DNA from: an uncultured Desulfosarcina sp.
GTDB taxonomy: Bacteria > Desulfobacterota > Desulfobacteria > Desulfobacterales > Desulfosarcinaceae
DNA length: 64,000 nt
NCBI GenBank assembly: GCA_963674945.2
Contig: CAXXWQ010000003.1
Span: forward strand, 1,792,001-1,856,000
Direction of reading: 5' to 3'
Within the stretch, counting starts at the first letter, position 1; each line of letters starts with the position of its first letter. The notes under the pieces are model-generated. The model was not told where the DNA came from, did no database searches, and was given only the letters and a program-made list of their open reading frames with translations. This document shows positions 29,002-37,629 of this stretch, one piece after another. A program made the position numbers and the translations under genes.

Positions 29002-29768
29002 AGATCGCACTGATACAGGCAGACCTTGCCTGGGAAGCCGATGATGCCAATTGTGATCGGTTCCGGGAAAAAATCGACCGTGTCCCTTCCGGAACCCATT
29101 TAATCGTTTTGCCCGAAATGTTTTCCACCGGTTTTTCCATGGATGCCCGTCGTCTGGCCCAACCCATGGATGGAACGACGGTATCGTGGATGAAGGCTTG
29201 TTCCCGCCAAACCCAAGCTGATGTGGTGGGAAGCGTGATCATTTGCGATGAAGATCGCTACTACAACCGACTGATCTGGGCAAAACCCGATGATACGCTG
29301 CATGTCTACGACAAAAAGCATCTTTTTCGCTATGCGGGAGAAGATGCCGTCTACTCACCGGGAATACGGCATTTACAGGTGAAATGCAACGGATGGCGCA
29401 TTCGTCCCTTTATCTGTTACGATTTACGATTTCCCGTCTGGACGAGAAATATGGGTAACGTCTACGATGCTGCGATCTTTATTGCGAATTGGCCGCAGCG
29501 GCGCGCCGAACATTGGCGGACCTTGTTGCGGGCGAGGGCCATAGAGAATCAATGCTACGTGGCCGGCGTGAATCGGGTGGGCGTGGACGGAAACGGGTAT
29601 CGGTATTGCGGGGACACATCGATTGTCGATCCCATGGGACAGGTAATAAAGAGCGTGAGGGACGAGGAAGCAATCATCAACGGCACGTTTCGCGCGACCA
29701 CACTCAATGAATACCGAAGTAAATTTCCAGCCTTAATGGACGCCGATGAAGGGATGATTTCCATGTAG
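28989..29768 (+). CDS. yafV: omega-amidase (nitrilase family)
   Basis: LPEMFSTGF, YDKKHLF, ICYDLRFPVW, ARAIENQ; coupled to ybdL. Confidence 0.9.
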   Translation: MQDLKIALIQADLAWEADDANCDRFREKIDRVPSGTHLIVLPEMFSTGFSMDARRLAQPMDGTTVSWMKACSRQTQADVVGSVIICDEDRYYNRLIWAKPDDTLHVYDKKHLFRYAGEDAVYSPGIRHLQVKCNGWRIRPFICYDLRFPVWTRNMGNVYDAAIFIANWPQRRAEHWRTLLRARAIENQCYVAGVNRVGVDGNGYRYCGDTSIVDPMGQVIKSVRDEEAIINGTFRATTLNEYRSKFPALMDADEGMISM

Positions 29769-29794
29769 TCGGCAACAGCAAGGCAATGAACCCT

Positions 29795-29812
29795 GCTGGC
29801 AGAATTGCCAGC
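29795..29812. terminator. short hairpin between convergent genes
   Basis: GCTGGCA-gaat-TGCCAGC; no clear U-tract. Confidence 0.3.
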
Positions 29813-29830
29813 GGCCTCATCCGATCTGCG

Positions 29831-30370
29831 TTACCGCAACAGATACTGGCCGAGTTTCCCGTACCGGTCGGTGGAAGTGAACTCCAGTCCCACCATGTTC
29901 GATTCGATTCGCCGAACGACACCCTCTTCCCGCACCTTGGAGCGATCCGTGTCATCCAGGGATAATTCTATGGTTAAAAGGTCACCGACTTCAAAATGGG
30001 GGGGGGAATTCACCGAGAAACAGACACCCGACTGGGAGACGTTCCGCACCGTGATAATCCCTTTCAGCGGGGATTGGTCGTTCCCGCGATGTTGGATGTA
30101 CATCCCGATCAGATTTACATCTTTCCGAAAATATTGGCGTCTTTCCACCAAAACGCGGTAACTATGTCCACACGAACATTTGCATCGGATGCGCACAGCA
30201 GACGTGGACCGTGCAATTTCACTCAGATCTTTGATGACGCCCTTTTTGCAGGCAGGACAAATAAAACTCCCTTTGCCCTGATTGTTGAGAAAGACCCGCA
30301 TTACTTTATCATCGGATGCCGGTATCTCCCCGTGATCGGATGGAAGATGATCTTTTTTCGTTTTCGCCAT
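29831..30370 (-). CDS. zinc-ribbon + PilZ domain protein
   Basis: CPAC...CSCGH, RRQYFRK (RxxxR) and NVSQSG (NxSxxG). Confidence 0.85.
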   Translation of the reverse strand: MAKTKKDHLPSDHGEIPASDDKVMRVFLNNQGKGSFICPACKKGVIKDLSEIARSTSAVRIRCKCSCGHSYRVLVERRQYFRKDVNLIGMYIQHRGNDQSPLKGIITVRNVSQSGVCFSVNSPPHFEVGDLLTIELSLDDTDRSKVREEGVVRRIESNMVGLEFTSTDRYGKLGQYLLR

Positions 30371-30406
30371 GGTACAATGCCTTATCGTTTCACCAATTTC
30401 ACCAAT

Positions 30407-30560
30407 TGATGAAATCGTGAAAAGTCGAACTTTGGACGGCTTTGTAAAGAGTTCGAGATCAAGGCTTGCGAATCCCGAGGAATGAGGCGTATGTACGAGT
30501 ACGTCGCGGCAACGAGGGATGAAGCGTAACGCAGATATCGGACTTTTTACAAAGCCGTCA
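30407..30560. mobile_element. MITE-like element with 5-bp target-site duplication
   Basis: CCAAT|TGATGAAATCGTGAAAAGTC ... GACTTTTTACAAAGCCGTCA|CCAAT; second nested left end GACGGCTTTGTAAAGAGTTC near 30435. Confidence 0.75.
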
Positions 30561-30605
30561 CCAATTGGTTCTACAAAGGAATTATCGCCATGTAATAATA
30601 GTACT

Positions 30606-31334
30606 TTAGAAAAAATCAGATTCATACCCCGCATCCGGCGGCAATGAACCTTTGGAGGCGGCACGGGTCGCCAGTTGGTCGCATCTTTCGTTTCCGTGGT
30701 TGCCCGCATGCCCCTTCACCCAGACAAAGGCAACGTCGTGCAAGTCACACAACCGTAGAAGACGTTCCCATAAATCGATGTTCAGGGCCTTCTCCCCATT
30801 GCTTTTTTTCCAACCACGGCGCCGCCAATTCCTCGCCCATCCTTTGGTGATGCCATCGACGACATACCGTGAATCGCTGTAAAGGGAAACACGCGAAGGT
30901 GACGAAAGGTACTCCAAACCGACGATGCAGGCCAATAGCTCCATGCGATTGTTTGTCGTTTTTCGAAATCCGCCGGACAATTCAACGGGACCGGCGGGTC
31001 TGGCAATCACCACGCCGTAGCCACCGGGCCCCGGGTTTCCCAGACTGGAGCCGTCGGTGTAGATGATCTCCCGATTCGCAAAAGGCCTTATGGACTCGTC
31101 GTCTGGTTTGGTCTTGGATCTTCCACCCGCCGATGGAGACGACCCTTGCGGTTTTGTTTGTTCCTTCCCATTACCCCGAACAAAGGTTTCGGCTTCCTTT
31201 CGCGTGGCAAATCCCTTGTACCGCGCACCCGGATATCCTTTTACCTGGACGTGGGCGCCTGCCTCGCCGAACCACTGGGTGTAGACCCCCGGCCGTCGGC
31301 CAACGGCAACACCGTAATATTTCTTACTGGCCAT
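30606..31334 (-). CDS. rnhA: ribonuclease HI with N-terminal hybrid-binding (viroplasmin) domain
   Basis: [52 protein letters not shown]. Confidence 0.95.
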   Translation of the reverse strand: MASKKYYGVAVGRRPGVYTQWFGEAGAHVQVKGYPGARYKGFATRKEAETFVRGNGKEQTKPQGSSPSAGGRSKTKPDDESIRPFANREIIYTDGSSLGNPGPGGYGVVIARPAGPVELSGGFRKTTNNRMELLACIVGLEYLSSPSRVSLYSDSRYVVDGITKGWARNWRRRGWKKSNGEKALNIDLWERLLRLCDLHDVAFVWVKGHAGNHGNERCDQLATRAASKGSLPPDAGYESDFF

Positions 31335-31503
31335 AATGCGCGTACCCCTTTCGGATCGTGGCCATCTTACCGGAAATCACCGACCACCCGCAAGTCGTGT
31401 GATTTCGGAATGTTATCCATCGGCCGCATATCCCGAAAGCACATCAGTGGCGTATCGACCGGGTTATCGCCGGGTGCAAAGCACCCGGTCTGGATACAAG
31501 GAA

Positions 31504-33591
31504 TCAATGGGGAACGCGGATGTCTTTAAAGGGTATATCTTCAGAACGCCAACTGTAGGTGCGGATAATGGAACGGGTGCCCACCGACGGAAGTAGATTC
31601 AGACGAGAGATGAGGGTGTTGGCCGGTAACGCTGCGTTGAATATCAGTTCCACGACTACAGTATCTCCAGGGTTCACAGGCACACCGCGATAGGCGTCGG
31701 CGGAAGCGGTTTTTTTCCTTCCCTGCCAGAAGTTGACACGGTAGACCTCACTGGTGGCAATGGCCGAACCGCTGATGGTTGACTTCCCATAGCCGCTCGT
31801 CTGATCAAAAAAAGCCAGATATTTCACATGTTGCGCCCGGTTGGTGGCCTTGACGAGAAAGGTGAGCGTTTTCGCACTCGTCACCACCTTGTCCAGTTCG
31901 AAGTGAAAGTCCAATGCACTGCCGGTCATCACAGGCTTGTCCGTGGTGGAGGGGGCACTCTTTTGCTGTACGGCGGCGATGGTCGCAGACGGTGTTTTCA
32001 CACTCGTTTTGGGTTGGTCTTTCCTTTTTACCACCTCGGTGGAAGGTTCTGCTTTTTTCTTTTCCGGTTGGGGAGCCACGATCGCCGGCTTCTGTTCTGG
32101 CGGTTCGACACGAGCCATCATCTGATCATCATTCGTGTCCAAAACGGTTTTTACCCGAAAGGCGATCTTCACACGAATACTCTCTCCCTCGTTGATGAAA
32201 GCCAGGGGGCGAACTGCGATGATCTTTGCTTCGCTGATGGCATGGCGCTTTGACTCATCGATGAGGCTACCGTTCAGAACATCGGTGGTCGAAGAGTAAT
32301 GCTGCATCCGGGCGTCGTTCAAGACGTCCTTCAACTCTTCCAGCACCGCCTCCGCAGAAGCCTCGGCCGGTGTTTCGGACCGTTTCACCGTTACCAGACT
32401 CGTCTTGATAATGATCGACTCATGGACCCGCTTCTTATCCAGCAGGATTGTCTGGGCATTCTGGAAAGCAGATGCCGCAGACTCTTTCCGGAGTCGAATC
32501 ACCTCGAGTTCGGAAGCCATCTTCTCCAGCTGTTCTGACTTGGCATTTAGCAAAGGGAGGAGCGATGCCTTGTCGTTTCGGGCACTTTCGATCTTCTTCT
32601 CCAAATAGGTGATGCGCTCTTGAAAGGAGATCAATTGTTCCCTCTGGTTGGCTTCCGCCTGCCGGTTGGCCAGCGCGATATCGCGAATCATTCCAGACAC
32701 ACGACTCAGGTCATATTGATCCGGCGAATAGCCGTTCTGTTTGAGCATGGCGGTAAGATCCTCTTGGGACTCGATGATCTTTGCACCGATATTTCCATCG
32801 TCCCCATTGGCCTTCATCTGCTTGGCGTCCGGGGCCTGGAATGGATAGAGTTCATAGCGCTTGACCCGAAGATACGTCGTACCCTGAGACCCCTTGGTCA
32901 GGGCGATGCGAACCGGTTCCTCGCGGTTCCATTTCGCGGTTCCCTCTTCGACGGCACGGATGAAATCTCCGGTTAGCACGTTGTTGACGACTTTGCTGAA
33001 AGATTGAATATATGTGCCCATGTGCTCGGCCATGAGGGGTGCAGAAGCCTGGTCGGCGAGGCGCTCCAATTTATGTGCCGAATCCATGAACCCCCGGGTA
33101 TAGATCACCGCAACGAGGGTTTCCCCCTGCTTGGTGGTCTTCAGCCATTTTTTCAGCGCCTCCCGCTGACTTCGAATATCCTCTTGGTACCGGGCAATAG
33201 AGTTGTCCATGTTATCGATACCGGCCTTCATGGTATCGTGATTTTTTTTGGTCTCTTCAAAATCGTAGGAAGCCGTCTGAAATTGTGCCGAAAGATCATC
33301 CAACCGCTTTTTGGTCCGTTTAAAATCGGCGCTGGCAGCATCGATTTGGGCCATATACGCCGAACGTTCCTTATCCCGCTCTCTCTCCACCATATCCGTG
33401 TTGCGACGGGCCTCTTCCGGGGTGGTAAAACCGCGACGGCGCTCTATATCGGACTGGATGATGTGTCGGAGCCGTTCTTTGGAGTCTGCGTCAAGCTGAA
33501 GCCATTTGCTCGATTCGGCATAGGCCGTCAGGGGGCCGGTCAAGAGTAGGAGAAGGGAGATGGCAATCCAGGATGGTACAGCAATTTTCAT
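31504..33591 (-). CDS. large exported coiled-coil protein of unknown function
   Basis: Signal peptide ending AYA; two coiled coils, each followed by an LPP20/FlgT-N-like segment; C-terminal beta-sandwich. Confidence 0.8.
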   Translation of the reverse strand: MKIAVPSWIAISLLLLLTGPLTAYAESSKWLQLDADSKERLRHIIQSDIERRRGFTTPEEARRNTDMVERERDKERSAYMAQIDAASADFKRTKKRLDDLSAQFQTASYDFEETKKNHDTMKAGIDNMDNSIARYQEDIRSQREALKKWLKTTKQGETLVAVIYTRGFMDSAHKLERLADQASAPLMAEHMGTYIQSFSKVVNNVLTGDFIRAVEEGTAKWNREEPVRIALTKGSQGTTYLRVKRYELYPFQAPDAKQMKANGDDGNIGAKIIESQEDLTAMLKQNGYSPDQYDLSRVSGMIRDIALANRQAEANQREQLISFQERITYLEKKIESARNDKASLLPLLNAKSEQLEKMASELEVIRLRKESAASAFQNAQTILLDKKRVHESIIIKTSLVTVKRSETPAEASAEAVLEELKDVLNDARMQHYSSTTDVLNGSLIDESKRHAISEAKIIAVRPLAFINEGESIRVKIAFRVKTVLDTNDDQMMARVEPPEQKPAIVAPQPEKKKAEPSTEVVKRKDQPKTSVKTPSATIAAVQQKSAPSTTDKPVMTGSALDFHFELDKVVTSAKTLTFLVKATNRAQHVKYLAFFDQTSGYGKSTISGSAIATSEVYRVNFWQGRKKTASADAYRGVPVNPGDTVVVELIFNAALPANTLISRLNLLPSVGTRSIIRTYSWRSEDIPFKDIRVPH

Positions 33592-33639
33592 AATTTCGCT
33601 CCATTTTCCACACAAGGATGATCGGTTGCAGTCAATTTT

Positions 33640-35934
33640 TTATTTGCCATCATGGCCCGCATCCACCATCTGCACCTGAAGGGGGCTGATCGAATCCAAA
33701 TGGACGTCTTGTTGGGGAAAGGCAATAACGATCTCATTTTCGTTCAGCAATTCGTTGATATGGTAGCGAAGCTCGCTGGAAATTCGTTTCTTCTCCACGA
33801 CACCTCGAACATAAGCCCAGAAATAGATAACGAAAACCAAGGCGCTGTCGCCAAAATCATCAAATATGACAAATGGTTTGGGTTCTTTGAGAACCTTTTC
33901 GGTCTGATCCGCCGCCTGCAACAGCAACTCGGTCACCTTCTTGACGGGTGACCCGTAAGCCACGCCCACAGCCACCTGAACACGAAGCTTTTGATCGGAA
34001 AAGGTCCAGTTTGTGATGTTGTTCTCCAAAAAACTGCTGTTGGGCACCAGAATGTGAACATTGTCTCCGGTCTTGACCCGCGTACAGCGGGCACCGATCT
34101 CCTCTACGCGTGCCGCTCTTCCTTCCAGTTCGATGAGGTCGCCGATGCGGATGGGGCGTTCGACCATGATGATGAATCCGCTGATGAAATTGTTGATCAG
34201 GTTCTGGGCACCGAAGCCGATTCCGATAGCGATCGCGCCACCGAAAAATGTGAATGCCGTTAGGGGAATGTTGACCATTCGCAAAGCGAAAAGAACGATC
34301 AAGACCAGCCCGATATAAAAAAGCAGCTTCTCCACAACGGAAACGACACCCGCTTCCATCTTGGTTCGTCTCATTCTCGATGATAACAGTCGGATCAGCT
34401 GTTTGAGGAGGAAAAGGCCGAGTACCAAAAGGACGAAGGCCGTGACGACTTTGCGCACCGTAACCCCATTGTCGTCGATGGCCCACAGTTCGAAATTCCA
34501 CACCTCTTCAAATTTAGATCCGACGGCCTTTGCCTTTTCCCACAATGGCAGCTGCTTTTTCCTTGCACCGATCTCATCGATCAAGCGTCCGGCAAGCTGA
34601 CCCGTCGTAAGGAGAGTGGAAAAGTACTCACCACCGAATTCCGCCATTTTGTTCAAGGCGTTCAATCTGTATGTAACATATTTTTCTTGCACCGCATCCA
34701 ATCTCTCCGCTTTCTTTGCAAGGGCGGAGATACGGGACTGCAGATTCACCTGCCAGTTCTGATACAAGGAGATGGACTGCTGCGTCTGTTCTCGAATCGC
34801 TTTCGCCTCTTTCTCCCATTGTTCCATCTCTTTGGAAGATGCCTCCCCTTTCACCAAGGCGTAGCGGGACCTCCAGAGCGAGGCCTGGTTATTGATCAGG
34901 TGTGCCATCTCTTCTGTCTGGGGCAGTACCTTTTCGTAGGCATCCCGCCATGCCTCCATTGCTGCCATGGCGCTCTCGGTGGCGTTACTGCCTGCCTTCG
35001 TGCGATCCTTTTGCCATTGCGCATCGATTCTTTTCTGTTGATCGAGGATGAGTTGGAGTCGTTCGCTCAACTGATCCCGTTGCGCCTCGAGACGGATGAT
35101 TTCCGTGTTCAACGCCTCGGGATCGAAGGAGAGGTCCTTTCTGATAATCGTCAGCTTCTGCTGTGCGGCTTTCAGCTTGCCTTCGATGAGACGGGACTCC
35201 TGCTCGAACCCTTCCATCCGCGCCTGTTGGAGCAAAACGGATGCAACAGCGGCTTCCCGCTCCAGTTGGGCCTTGACGTATTGCAGGCTTTCTTCATCCA
35301 AACCGCCCGTTGTTGTCGTCAGTTCTTCCTTGACCCGTCGGAAGGTTTGTTCGCTGCGCTCCTGCGCTGCTTTATACTCGTCGAGTTTGCTTTCACTGGT
35401 AGCCATGGAGGTGGAAAGGACCTCTTTTTCCTGTTGAAAGGCCACGACCTGGTCCAGGAGTTTGTCGTAATAAGACAGAGAGTAGGGCTTTTGCTCTGCC
35501 AGGGCATAGGCCTCGCCGCTTTCCATGGCAGTCTTCAGTCCGGCGACTTCACCGGCAACAGAGATGTTCTTTTTAACTGCGTTGAGCAGGCGTTGATAGA
35601 CGAGTTTGATCTCCTGGAGCCGGGTCACATTCCGATTTCGTTCTGCCTGTTCCGCCAACGGCCCCTGTTCGGCGAGCATTCTTTCCCTGTCGATTCGCCG
35701 GTTGATGCTTGCCATCTTCTCCTGGGTCGCCATGATATGCTGGACGAAATCGGAGCCCTCCGATTTGACATCGGTGGCACACAAGGCCATGTCCACCGAT
35801 GCCAGATGGCCGGCACAAACCAATAGCATCAGGAGCAGCCACCCCTGCAAACACCACAATATGGACGTCTTCTTGCTACCGAATGCCGCATCTTTCTTAC
35901 CTATCTGTTTGACATCCACTCCGGCTCGTTTCAT
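33640..35934 (-). CDS. MscS-family mechanosensitive channel with large periplasmic helical domain
   Basis: GAIAIGIGFGAQNLINNFISG, ERPIRIGD, VPNS, VGVAYGS, FGDSAL, IAFPQQDVH. Confidence 0.92.
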   Translation of the reverse strand: MKRAGVDVKQIGKKDAAFGSKKTSILWCLQGWLLLMLLVCAGHLASVDMALCATDVKSEGSDFVQHIMATQEKMASINRRIDRERMLAEQGPLAEQAERNRNVTRLQEIKLVYQRLLNAVKKNISVAGEVAGLKTAMESGEAYALAEQKPYSLSYYDKLLDQVVAFQQEKEVLSTSMATSESKLDEYKAAQERSEQTFRRVKEELTTTTGGLDEESLQYVKAQLEREAAVASVLLQQARMEGFEQESRLIEGKLKAAQQKLTIIRKDLSFDPEALNTEIIRLEAQRDQLSERLQLILDQQKRIDAQWQKDRTKAGSNATESAMAAMEAWRDAYEKVLPQTEEMAHLINNQASLWRSRYALVKGEASSKEMEQWEKEAKAIREQTQQSISLYQNWQVNLQSRISALAKKAERLDAVQEKYVTYRLNALNKMAEFGGEYFSTLLTTGQLAGRLIDEIGARKKQLPLWEKAKAVGSKFEEVWNFELWAIDDNGVTVRKVVTAFVLLVLGLFLLKQLIRLLSSRMRRTKMEAGVVSVVEKLLFYIGLVLIVLFALRMVNIPLTAFTFFGGAIAIGIGFGAQNLINNFISGFIIMVERPIRIGDLIELEGRAARVEEIGARCTRVKTGDNVHILVPNSSFLENNITNWTFSDQKLRVQVAVGVAYGSPVKKVTELLLQAADQTEKVLKEPKPFVIFDDFGDSALVFVIYFWAYVRGVVEKKRISSELRYHINELLNENEIVIAFPQQDVHLDSISPLQVQMVDAGHDGK

Positions 35935-35977
35935 TTTTCTCTCTCTCCAATGCCCAGGGTTGACGAGGCGTTTGCCC

Positions 35978-37537
35978 TTACCACAGTTTCACCTTTTTCG
36001 CATCTCCGTAATAAAACGATAAAATCTTGTCATAGGTTTCTTTTTTGCCCAAATATGCCGATCCCCACTGGGAGTAGCCGACGCCATGGCCCCACCCATG
36101 ACCTTTAAAGATAAAATTGTCACCGTCTCGACGAATCTCGTGAAGGATCTCTGGAAGATCCAATGCCCTTCGCAACGTCGTACGGTTTCGCAGCACCTTG
36201 CTCTTGCCACCGGCCATGACCAACCGAATCTTGACGATACGACCGGAAGGGCCGGTCTCGGCCGATTCGATGGCGGAAAGACCCTTTGCGTCAATATTGA
36301 TCCGGGAAAGGGCCGATACCACTTCTGTGACGGTAAAGGTTCGCGTCCAGTTGGCCATTCCACCGTGCAGGCTGGCCGGATCATTCTGGGCTACCAAATA
36401 GGGCTTGCGCAGGTCAAAAATCGCCTCGGAATCGGCGGTGTGGCCACCGCTATTGGCACTGAACATGGCCAGTATCGGCTTTCCCTCGTAGGTCAGCACC
36501 TCACCGGTCGTCTCCTTGACGGCCTTCGTGCTGCGAGGATGCTCCTTTTCCATGCCACCATAGGCCTGGTCACCGGCATAATCCACCAGATCGTAGGCCC
36601 AGTTCTTTCGATGCTCACGCTGATAATAGGCATAGGTTCTGGCTGCCACGGCTTGGGCTTTCAATGTCTCCAATGGCCAGCTTGCGGGATTTTCCGATGG
36701 CACGACGCTCATCAGATATGCCTCGATGTCCACCAGGTTGATGACCATCAACTTGCCTTTGGCGATCTTCGCATTGAGTTTTCCCCTCACCCGTTTCTTG
36801 GACTCGCCACATAAGACGGTCATGGGAGAGGAACTCGTAAATACCATCGATTTTTCTTCGGCCACCTTACCGCCGACCCGAATCTTACCGTCGGCAAAAA
36901 ACAATTCGAAACGATCCATGCAACCGAATCCATCGGTACAAACGCGACTTCCCGCGATTGTGGCAGACTTCGTGGTTTGGCACATGCGGACGCGCAACTC
37001 CGGATGCGCAGGCACCACATCGGGTGGGGGGGGAACCGGCGGCTCCGGCGGTGGTGTGACTGCCCTGGCAAGCTCTCGCAGCAACGCCTCGGCTTGGTAA
37101 TAAAAACGCCCTTTGGGGTATTGTTGAAGGTATCCTTCCAATGTCTTTTTGGCCGCGTCGGAGCGTTTGAGTTCGAAAAGCAGGATCCCTTCACGATAAT
37201 GAGCAATTTCCGCGGCTTCCGGAAATTCTGTACGTACCTTTCGGTACACGTTCAGGGCATCTTCCGGTGCATCCAAAAATGAGGAGAGGAGTGCGGCCTT
37301 GGCCAGCATGGCATCCACTTTGGTCTTGGAAATGCCCGTCGTCTCTTGGGCTGCATTGTAACTTTCCAGTGCTTCGAGATATTTTCCCACATCGATCAGA
37401 TAGCTTGCGTAATTGATGTAGTATCTGGCCAAATGCTCCTTTTCCAAGGTCTCCTTGCTGATATCTGCCTGCACCAAACCCGCGAAACCGAGACAAAGGA
37501 TGAATATACCGCCCATGCGCAAATAGAATCGATTCAT
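35978..37537 (-). CDS. TPR + SpoIID/LytB lytic transglycosylase
   Basis: Signal peptide, TPR helices, YLMSVVPSE...LKAQAVAARTYA, DQAYGG, GWGHGVGYSQWG. Confidence 0.9.
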   Translation of the reverse strand: MNRFYLRMGGIFILCLGFAGLVQADISKETLEKEHLARYYINYASYLIDVGKYLEALESYNAAQETTGISKTKVDAMLAKAALLSSFLDAPEDALNVYRKVRTEFPEAAEIAHYREGILLFELKRSDAAKKTLEGYLQQYPKGRFYYQAEALLRELARAVTPPPEPPVPPPPDVVPAHPELRVRMCQTTKSATIAGSRVCTDGFGCMDRFELFFADGKIRVGGKVAEEKSMVFTSSSPMTVLCGESKKRVRGKLNAKIAKGKLMVINLVDIEAYLMSVVPSENPASWPLETLKAQAVAARTYAYYQREHRKNWAYDLVDYAGDQAYGGMEKEHPRSTKAVKETTGEVLTYEGKPILAMFSANSGGHTADSEAIFDLRKPYLVAQNDPASLHGGMANWTRTFTVTEVVSALSRINIDAKGLSAIESAETGPSGRIVKIRLVMAGGKSKVLRNRTTLRRALDLPEILHEIRRDGDNFIFKGHGWGHGVGYSQWGSAYLGKKETYDKILSFYYGDAKKVKLW

Positions 37538-37629
37538 TTGATTTTCCCTGCGAAATCCATATATTTCAGGATAGAACCGGTGCTGAGCAAATCCCATTGG
37601 AACACTTTGTCAACCCGGCTTTCGATACG

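Noticed and set aside
30371..30709. N-terminal 113-aa extension of the PilZ ORF (DGFVKSPISALRF...)
   Set aside because: It is read-through of the MITE sequence and overlaps rnhA; the likely start is ATG 30370.
30606..31334. Viral or retroelement origin suggested by the viroplasmin domain
   Set aside because: This hybrid-binding domain is a normal part of many bacterial RNase HI proteins; no reverse transcriptase or phage genes are nearby.
34687..35826. 379-aa plus-strand ORF and similar long antisense ORFs (7326-8162, 46202-46966, 61135-61902)
   Set aside because: Shadow frames of well-supported genes; no recognisable motifs.
35978..37537. Sporulation function implied by the SpoIID name
   Set aside because: SpoIID/LytB domains are widespread peptidoglycan enzymes in non-sporulating diderms; no other sporulation genes are present.
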